From: Anolis carolinensis | Lineage: Eukaryota | NCBI RefSeq assembly: GCF_035594765.1 | Contig: NC_085841.1 | Location: 157,961,574-158,025,573, forward strand | Direction of reading: 5' to 3' | DNA: 64,000 bases | In this document: positions 53,519-64,000 of the stretch, in pieces | Layout: the number at the start of each line of letters is the position of its first letter | Position numbering within the stretch: position 1 is the stretch's first letter | Program-made: the position numbers and the translations under genes | The notes under the pieces: generated by a model | The model's input: the letters and a program-made list of their open reading frames with translations, nothing else | The model's database searches: none | Told to the model about the DNA's origin: nothing

Positions 53519-54069
53519 CATACATAATCTCAAAACAGAAACCCCAACATATGTGTGTGGGGGGGGTGGGGTTCTGCTTTGAGATTTTGTTTTCACCATA
53601 TTACATTTTGTTCTCAGGACCTTGAAAATGGCATTCAGCAAATGTGCCTGTTGTAATGCACTGCCCCCCCCCCCCCGATAGTATTATATTTGACCTTTGC
53701 CAGGTGAAGATTACAAGGATGAAGCCAGAAGGCTTTGCCCAGCCTTAGATATAACCACTAATATATTTGCAAATCCTTCTCCAGTGCTTTAGCTGGCAGA
53801 TGCAGCAGCAAATACCAAATGGCCTCACTTTTCCTTGATGTACTGTGCGGACAGAACAGAAAAATCTTTCCTACCTCAGGAGCTGGGTATATCATCTAAA
53901 AGAGACATGTGTTGGTGCCCTTGCCATCAATTACTCCTTTGCCTCTTCCTCATTATTTGAATCAATCCAAGTATCTGCAGCACTCTCAGTACAAGACCTT
54001 TGTACTGTGAATCCATTGAATACTTCACTGTGGCTACAAAATGGCCAATAACATCAGAACCAAAGCAAT

Positions 54070-55030
54070 TGTTTATTCATTCAGTCGCATCTGACTTTGT
54101 GACCTCATGGACCAGCCCAGGCTAGAGCTCCTTGTCGCCTGTCGCCACCCCCAGTTCCTTCAAGGCCAAGCCAGTCGCTGGTCTTTTTTTCCTTCCATTT
54201 TCCTCAGCATCATTATCTTCTCCAAGCGTTCTTGTCTTCTCATTATGTCGCCAAAGTATTTCATATTTGCCTTTAATATCCTTCCCTCCAGTGAGCAGCC
54301 GGGCATTATTTCCTAGAATATGGACTGGTTGGATCTTTTTGCGGTCCAAGGCACTCTCAGGATTTTCCTCCAGCACCAGAGTTCAAAAGCGTCTATCTTC
54401 CTTCGCTCAGCCATCCTTATGGTCCAGCTCTCGCATCCATTGGTTACTATGGGGAATACCATTGCTTTGACTATGTGGACCTTCGTTGCCAGTGTGATGT
54501 CTCTGCTCTTCACTATTTTGTCAAGGTTGGCCATTGCTCTCCTCCCAAGAAGTAAACGTCTTCTGATTTCCTGGCTGCAGTCTGCATCTGCAGTGATCTT
54601 CATGCCTAGAAATATGAAGTCTGTCACTGCCTCCACATTTTCTCCCTCTATTTGCCAGTTATCAATCAGTCTGGTTGCCATAATCTTGGTTTTCTTGATG
54701 TTTAACTGCAGCCCGGCTTTTGTGCTTTCTTCTTTCACCTTGGCGATAAGGCTCGTCAGCTCCTCCTCACTTTCAGCCATCAGAGTGGTATCATCTGCAT
54801 ATCGAAGGTTGTTAATGTTTCTTCCAGCAATTTTAACTCCAGCCTTGGTAGAGTGATAGTATACAGCCCTGCCGTACTTCTTTCCCAATCTTGAACCAGT
54901 CTGTTGTTCCGTGGTCTGTTTTTACTGATGCTACTTGGTCATTACACAGATTCCTCAGGAGACAGACAAGGTGACTTGGTATCCTCATACCACCAAGAAC
55001 TTGCCACAATTTATTATGATCCACAGTCAA
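54070..55030 (-). mobile_element. BovB (RTE) LINE 3' fragment with internal deletions
   Basis: AGVKIAGRNINNLRYADDTTLMAESEEEL...IDAFELWCWRKILRVPWTAKRSNQSI, with a (CTGAA)-like tail. Confidence 0.92.
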
Positions 55031-55129
55031 ATCCTCCTGCAACAGATCTTTACCTTGGTGCGGTGCTGGAGCTTGAGCACCTCAGTGATGCCATGAGCGA
55101 AACGGTGAAGGGACAGTCACGAGGAGGGT

Positions 55130-56117
55130 GTCAGAGAGGTTGCCAAGACCAGTATTTTCTGTTGGTCATGGGGTTTTGTGTGGGAAATTTGGCCCAATTC
55201 TATCATTGGTGGGGTTCAAAAGGCTCTTTGATTGTAAATGAACTATAAATCCCAGCAACTACAACTCCCAAATGTCAAGGTCTATTTTCCCCAAACTCCA
55301 CCAGTGTTCAAATTTGGGCATATTGAGTCTTTGTGCCAAGTTTGGTACAGATCCATCGTTGTTTGAATCCACAGTGCTCTCTGGATGTAGGTGAACTACA
55401 ACTCCAAAATTCAACTTCAACGACATCAAACCCAGTATTTTCTGTTGGTCAAGGGAGTTCTGTGTGCCAAGTTTTGTTTAATTCCATCGTTAGTGTTCAG
55501 AATGCTCTTTGATTGTAGTAGAGGAAAAGGTTTCCCCCGATGTTAAGTCCAGTCGTGTGCAACTCTGGGGGTGATACTCAGCTCCATTTCTAAGCTGAAG
55601 AGCCAGTGTTGTCCATAGACACCTCCAAGGTCATGTGGCCAGCATGACTGCATGGAGTGCCATTACCTTCCTGCTGGAGCGGTACCTATTGATCTACTCA
55701 CATTTGCATATTTTCGAACTGCTAGGTTGGCAGAAGCTGGAGCTAACCGCGGGAGCTCATTCTGCTCCCCGGATTCGGACAGACAACCTTGCGGTCAGAA
55801 AGCTCAGCAACTCAGTGGTTTAATCCGCTGCGCCACCATAGATGAACGATAAATCCCAGCAACTGCAACTCCCAAATGGCAAAATCAACCCCCCAAACCT
55901 TACCAGTATTCAAATTGGGGTGTATCAGGTATTTATGCCAAATTTGGTCCAGTGAATAAAAATACATCCTGCATATTAAATATTTACATTCCGATTCATA
56001 ACAGTAGCAAAATCACAGTTATGGAGTAGCAACAAAAATCATTTTATGTTTGGGGATCACCACAACATGAAGAACTGTATTAAGGGGTTGTGGCATTAGG
56101 AAGGCTGATAACCACCG
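55130..56117 (+). mobile_element. hAT non-autonomous element with a URR1-like 3' end and a nested minus-strand Sauria SINE (~55525-55840)
   Basis: ATATTTACATT.CGATTCATAACAGTAGCAAAAT...CACCACAACATGA.GAACTGTATTAA.GGG..GCATTAGGAAGG.TGA.AACCAC.G, recognised as URR1/hAT-type. Confidence 0.75.
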
Positions 56118-56144
56118 CCCTAGGGAAAAACGTCTTATGGAAAA

Positions 56145-57094
56145 CTAGCTGTGCCACGCGTTGCTGTGGCGAAGTATGGTGTTATGGGAAATAAAGTATT
56201 GAGGAATTGTTGGTAGTTAAGATAAAGGGTAAAGGTTTCCCCCTGACATTAAGTCCAGTCGTATCTGACTTTGGGGGTTGGTGCTTATCTCCATTTCTAA
56301 ACTGAAGAGCTGGCGTTGTCCATAGACTCCTCCAAGGCCATGTGGGATGACTGCATGGAGCGTCGTTACCTTCCCACCAGAGCAGTACCTATTGATCTAC
56401 TCACATTTGCATGTTTTCGAACTTCAGGGTTGGCAGAAGCTGGGGCTAACAGTGGGGGCTCACTCCGCTCCCCCAATTCAAACCGGCGACCTTTCAGTCC
56501 ACAAGTTCAGCAGCTCAGCGCTTTAACACGCTGCACCATCAGGGGATATTATTTCCTAAAGGTTGTCAATATACAATATTTCTGTTCTCTTTTTTTTGTC
56601 TGTTGGAGGCAAGTATGAATGCTGCAATTAGGCTAAATGATTAGCATGTAATGGCCTTGCAGCTTTAAAGCCTGGCTGGTTCCTCCCTGAGGGATTTTTT
56701 TATTGGGAGGTGTTAGCTGGCCCTGATTGTTTCCTGTCTGGAATTCCCTTGTTCTTTGCAATATTTTATGTGCTTCTGTCTGTGTAGATGAAGAAGTCCC
56801 CATATGCAGTACTTGAACACACACATTTCAAAAAAAGAGGCTGTGGCCCTCAGAAAACAGAGAATTTGCCAGAATTTGGTGATGGGAATCCTTTGTTGGG
56901 AGGTGTTAGCTGGCCCTGACTGTTTCCTGTCTGGAATTCCCGTTTTCAGAGTGTTGGTCTTTATTTAGTGTTCTGATTTTAGAGATTGTATTGTTCTGTT
57001 TTATTATACCACAGTAATTTTTATATATTCTGATTTTAGTGTTTTTGAATACTTGGAGGCAGATTGTGTTCATTTTCACAGTTCACAGCAACAC

Positions 57095-57134
<40 letters not shown>

Positions 57135-58251
57135 GTAATAATAGTAATGATAGTAATAATAACGACCTTAGCAATACACACTGCTTCAGTCCCTTCTCAG
57201 CTTCCTTTCTGGAAGAATGCTTTCTTGGGAGGTGTTAGCTGGCCCTGATTGTTTCCTTTCTGGAATTCCCAATTTCCCTGCTTTCAGAGTGTTGCTCATT
57301 ATTTACTGTCCTGGTTTTAGAGATTATATTGTTCTGTATTATTATACCACAGTAATTATTTCATATTACAGTAGAATCTCACTTATCCAACATTCGCTTA
57401 TCCAATGTTCTGGATTATGCAACACAGTCTGCCTTTTAGTAGTCAGTGTTTTTATAGTCAGTGTTTTAAATTCATTGTGATATTTTGGTGGTAAATTTGC
57501 AAATACAGTAATTACTACATAGCATTACTGCTCATTGAACTACTTTTTCTGTCAAATTTGTTGTATAACATGATGTTTTGGTGCTTAATTTGTATAATGA
57601 TTATCTAATTTGATGTTTAATTGGCTTTTCCTGAATCTCTTATTATCCAGCATATTCACTTATCCAACGTTCTACCGGCCTGTTTATGTTGGATAAGTGA
57701 GACTTTACTGTATATTTATAATCTTATATTATCTGCTTAGAACTGGATTATATGAGGCCCCTTCTACACAGTTGTATAAAATGCACATTGAAGTGGATTA
57801 TATGGCAGTGTGGACTCAAGATAATCCAGTTCAAAGCAGATAATGTAAGATTATAAATGGGTTATATAGCTGTGTGGAAGGGCCTTGAGTCTACACCGCC
57901 ATATAATCCAGTTCAAATAAGATAATCTGTATTTTATAGGCAGTGGGGAAGAAGCCTGATTGAAGAGGCCTTAGGCTGAGTGGGTTGCTAAGAGACCAAG
58001 TGGGCGGAGCTTAGCCTTCTAACTGGCAGCAGATCAAGTGGGCGGAGCTTAGCCTTCTAACTGGCAGCAATTGGATAAAAACAATTATTCATCTCCCTCT
58101 AATTAGGACTTTATTTTTCTTTTCTTTTTGTTGTCGGAACCTAGGGGCAAGGATGGTGGGTTGTGTTGCCAAGTTTCGTGGTTTAGGGCGTTTAGTTTAG
58201 TTTAGTCCTAGGCCGTGATTCCATTACCTTCTTATATACAGTATATATAGA
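56145..58251 (-). mobile_element. Full-length composite non-autonomous Helitron
   Basis: Minus strand has a 5' A|TC and a 3' hairpin GCCAC-AGCAACGC-GTGGC followed by ACAGCTAG|T, with no TSD. Cargo is MITE, Penelope and SINE sequence. Confidence 0.8.
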
Positions 58252-58419
58252 TAGACAACTCAGGGATAGATCTTGGCCCTCCAAAGTGATCTGCCCTGAA
58301 GTTCCAAATATATAGCACTCTTGGGGACATGATCTTTTATTCCCAGAAAGAGGAAGATGCCTGCGGTTATGAGTCAATTGAAGGAGAGCCTTTGAGTCAA
58401 CCTATTGCAATAGTGTTGA

Positions 58420-60085
<1,666 letters not shown>

Positions 60086-60634
60086 CTTATAACAAAAAGG
60101 AACCATTTGTTTCTCTGAGTAAATGGCAACAAGTGAAAGCTTAGTCTGTCCTGCTTTTGACTTTTCTGAATGCCTGATCGGGGAAATGATGGTGGCAGCC
60201 AGGTTGTCCTGAGATACTGCTGCTGCTGCTTTACCTTCTCCATAAAATGATCCTCAGCTTAGCCATCAGTCATACCAAAATCCATATTTTTGCCCCAGAC
60301 TTGCCCTCAACTTATACATGAAGTCAATTTATATGTGAGCCTACACAGTAATATTGCAGAAGCTTCAAATAACATTCATAGCCCTTCCTTCCCATGATCC
60401 ATTTTTTGAATCACAGAAAATCCCTTAAGGAGATAAAGAAGAAACAGGTATATCCGGGAATGTGATATTTTTATGTGAGGAAGAGTGTGAAAGAGCAAAA
60501 AATGGATGCACACTGATAAAGTGCTTAACCTCTCCCAAAAGGAAATGTGATGCCCTCCATCTTTCTCATATCTGTGTTGTGCAAGCATGTCACGAGTAAG
60601 TAACGTTCTATGGGTTATTTGCTTTGACTCACAG

Positions 60635-60704
60635 GAAGGTTCGTTTGTGTACCTGTCCCTGGGGAGAAGTGTTGCAAAATCAGACAATATAATTGCCTTA
60701 TTGT
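60635..60704 (+). CDS. EBPL: EBPL coding exon 2 (gene continues beyond the window)
   Basis: cacag|EGSFVYLSLGRSVAKSDNIIALL; T|GTAAGT. Confidence 0.92.
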
Positions 60705-61679
60705 GTAAGTATATCATATAAATAAAAGAAACTCTTATGGAAATCTGTTACAATATTCTTCATTAGTTCTAAAATTCATAAATGCTTTTTTAAATGTTAT
60801 TTCTTTCAATGCCCGGCAGCATTAAGCACACTGGCAGAAAATGTGGCTTCAGCAAAATCTCCAAGGCCCCTTCTAAACTCTCATATAATCCAAATTATCA
60901 GATCAGATAATCCACATTGTCTGCTTTGAAGTGGATTATATGAGTCTATACTGCCAGGTAAACCAGTTCAAAGCAAATCATCTGGATTTTATATGGCATT
61001 GCAGATGGGGCCCAAGTTATTATTAAAGCTTAACCTTTATGTGTTCAAATATCATCTTAACTCTAATGAGGACAACACCTTTCAAGTCTAGTAACACATA
61101 TAACACGATTTTTGTTCCTGGGTTATAAATGTCATTTCCTAATTGGTTCTGTCATAAAAAACATGGAAATGTAAAAACTTTGTTTTTGCGGGACATCCTG
61201 CATCACATTTTGCTATAGTTTTTCAATGAGTATCTCATAGTCTCGACCAATTCAACCCAGTTTGTGGCAGCCACATAAAACGTTTCTGGAGTATAACAAT
61301 TAACTTTCAAAGCAAGTATTGCGCGATTAAACAGGAAGAATACTTTCAAACCAGGAATATTTTTTTCCAGGTTTTGTTATATAATGTAATTAAGGATTAG
61401 CAGCTTATATACTGGGTTCTTGTTTTTTTTAATAGGGTGACTCATTACCTCATTAAACATAATTGTAGGGAGGGAGTCTCCAATGTGAAAAGTTTACCTT
61501 TCAGTGCATACCTAATGATAATCTCCAATAGCTACAGCTAATTCCACCAATTCCATCACTAATTGATTCATTTTACATTTCCATTTTTTAATATACACTA
61601 TACTACAATTAATTTCTGCATTTTAACTATCTATACACGTTTGACTCTTTTGCTTCTAGCCTAAATGCTCTAAATTTGG

Positions 61680-61749
61680 TACCAGATCTCATCTGATCTT
61701 GGAAGTTAAGCAGGAAAACTGCCAACAGCAAATGCTTCAGGCTACATTT
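61680..61749 (+). mobile_element. 5S rRNA-derived SINE fragment
   Basis: CCAGATCTCATCTGATCTTGGAAGTTAAGCAGG resembles 5S CCCGATCTCGTCTGATCTCGGAAGCTAAGCAGG. An inverse copy lies near 4853-4890. Confidence 0.7.
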
Positions 61750-61929
61750 CAGAGTTTTGCTTCGTGACTCATGATTTTAAAGCTGTGTTAACGTCATTCA
61801 AGTCATTGAATCTGAAATCATGTAGGTTGTCTTTTTGGACCTCTGAAAGGCAACCTACGTGGTTTCAGATTCAATGACTTGAATGACGTTAACACAGCTT
61901 CAAATCATGGGTCAAGAAGCAAAACTCTG
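61750..61929. repeat. Near-perfect inverted repeat (~85-bp arms)
   Basis: CAGAGTTTTGCTTC...GTAGGTTGTCTTT / AAAGGCAACCTAC...GAAGCAAAACTCTG. Confidence 0.95.
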
Positions 61930-62796
61930 CATTTTTCCAAAATGTGTACAAATTGATGGTGAACAGTAGTTTTGTGTACAGGATAGTTCAGGCCATGATT
62001 TGTAGTAACTTCTGCTGTTATATGAACATTCATAATGTTTTTATGACTCAGGAGGCAAAGCTTTTTGACCCACTCTCATACTTAACGCTTCATTACTGCT
62101 AATGCTTTCCTCCTGATCAGAACATTTTAATCAGATGCACAGTGTGTGATGAAGATAACCTGGCCCATGATAGCTTATATTTTATAATAATTTTAATAAT
62201 TAAATACCCAAATTAAAAAAATATTATAAAAACAATGTAAGCTTTAATTATTTAAAGTGGATTTAAACAAAATATCCAGACCCTTTTCTCTGAATGGGCT
62301 TGGAGTGGGGAAGGGTTTAGTTAGGAAAAAGGGCAAGTTCAAAAATAATATTTGGTAGGAGGCTTCTTATTTCTTTAAAAGCAAAATCAATTGCTATCTT
62401 TCTGTTTCAGTGATGCTGTCAGGATGTTGTGTCATTTCAGGATCACTCTGAGCCAAAAAAATATGCTCTGAGCATTGCAATCTTCATGATAAATTCAGTG
62501 GTCCCAGTGAAATCCTGAGCAGGACCATTGCAGACTCTGTTCTATGACAGTAGAAATTGTGTTGATACCAATAGGCATTGCCAAAGATCTCACTAAAGAT
62601 TAGGTGACTGGGAACCTTCTCGGGACATACACGCTTTCTCACACACTCCTCTTCTGTCTCGTTCCTTGATTCTTCTCCTTTGTCCTCTTTTTCCTTCTAT
62701 CACTGCTCCAAAATTCTCCTGGCTATATTCATCTCCTTCCTCTTTTTCTCCTTTTATTTCTAAATCTACCAGCATTTATCATCTTTCTGTCTCTAG

Positions 62797-63084
62797 CAGA
62801 GCCGGCCCTAGGTATTTTTCAAGTGTAGGCGAACAGAATTTTGCCCCCCCCCCCCCAAACCAATCACTGAAAAATAAAAGCATTGGATAAGTGAAAATGT
62901 TGGATAATAAGGAGGGATTAAGGAAAAGCTTATTAAACATCAAATTACATTAAGATTTTACAAATTAAGCACCAAAACATCATGTTTTACAACAAATCAA
63001 CAGAAAAAGCAGTCTTGACTGCGCCCCCGTATGTTTTGCGCCCGAAGCGACCGCTTAATTCACCTCATTGTTGGACCGGCTCTG
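62797..63084 (+). mobile_element. hAT MITE carrying a captured mariner-like MITE fragment
   Basis: TIRs CAGAGCCGG/CCGGCTCTG and a perfect 8-bp TSD GTCTCTAG (62789-62796, 63085-63092). Confidence 0.9.
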
Positions 63085-64000
63085 GTCTCTAGTTATTTCT
63101 TCTTTGCTCTCCCCACCTCCAAAAATCCTTGAAGCCATGACTGGGATGTTTTAGATTCTCAGCACTTTAAAGTTGCAAGTACCATTAAAATGAACAGGGT
63201 TTTTTTTTGCTGAATAAATGTAAATATAATTGACTTGTTCTTTGTCATTGTCATCGTTTCCTCTTCAAATTTTGATGCTTAACCGTACTATTACTATAGT
63301 TATTGCTGCTGTGCAGGTGAGAGACAATTCTACAAATGGATTGTAAAAGAATGAAATTATGTGGCCACCCAAGAACTTTTTATGTGACTCTAGGTATATA
63401 AAAAGGTATAAAAATACCGATACTAAATCAGCATTTAGAAAGCTTGCTGATTTTCCTTTTAGTGGAGTGCAGCTGAAGCATTTTTTGCTGAGTCTACTGT
63501 AAGCACTGCACGTGGCTGCTAACAGATTTGTGTAAATAGGCGGTATTCAGAAACCTTTTACTGCTGCCATGTTTTTCATGATCCCAATGTTGAGCTAAAG
63601 GGGCTCCATTTGGGATCCGGACCTACCGTTTCAGAAGCAGCGTTCTAAACAACAGTTATTCCCATCTACTATATCATGCTTGATTACATCATTAGGGACT
63701 ATCGGAGGTCTCAGGTTTTGGTTCTAAAATCTCAAGGCCTGGAAACCATCAAACCCACTAAATGGTTTCCTGCCCCCCCAACCTAAAATTTTAATTTATT
63801 TTCTTGCACAATCTATTCTCCCGCAGTGGGACACTATCCCTTAGGATACCTGCAGGTGGCAACCGGTGTGCATTGTGTGTAGTAGGTAGTGGACGGAAAT
63901 CAGCTGGGAGGCCCTGTGTCTTCAGTGTCCTTGCTCAGTTGTGCAGTATGACAAGAGTCTACACTAGTGGTTCTCAACTTGGGGTCCCCAGATATTTTTG

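Noticed and set aside
54313-54888. 191-aa RT-like ORF as a functional or domesticated reverse transcriptase
   Set aside because: Truncated, internally deleted BovB fragment.
61680-61715. 5S rRNA gene
   Set aside because: Only a ~35-nt diverged fragment; SINE-derived.
63820-63860. EBPL exon 3 (AG...GT-flanked segment near the window end)
   Set aside because: It does not encode the expected WKEYGKAD continuation, so exon 3 is presumably beyond the window.

Overview
Vertebrate genomic DNA, almost certainly a squamate and probably an Anolis lizard, judged from Sauria-type SINEs, BovB, Penelope and dense MITEs. It is not prokaryotic, so most of the ORF track is noise or transposon debris. Three spliced + strand genes were reconstructed by hand from GT-AG sites and frame continuity: SPRYD7 (5 coding exons, 3943-15848, 205 aa), KPNA3/importin alpha-4 (17 coding exons, 20301-50392, 530 aa, with an N-terminal Ala12 tract) and the first two coding exons of EBPL (58540-60704; the gene runs off the window). 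A CpG island at ~880-1300 with a perfect minus-strand donor is probably the non-coding first exon of a divergent gene, TRIM13 by synteny with the human 13q14 block. The rest is TE-rich intron and intergenic DNA. I found no new protein-coding system. The most notable structures are: a composite non-autonomous Helitron carrying pieces of four other TE classes, present twice and each time head-to-head with a CpG promoter; a hAT MITE that captured a mariner-like MITE fragment; nested palindromic MITE arrays confined to promoter flanks; and a 180-bp near-perfect hairpin in EBPL intron 2. TE family names are from recognition, not from a database search.
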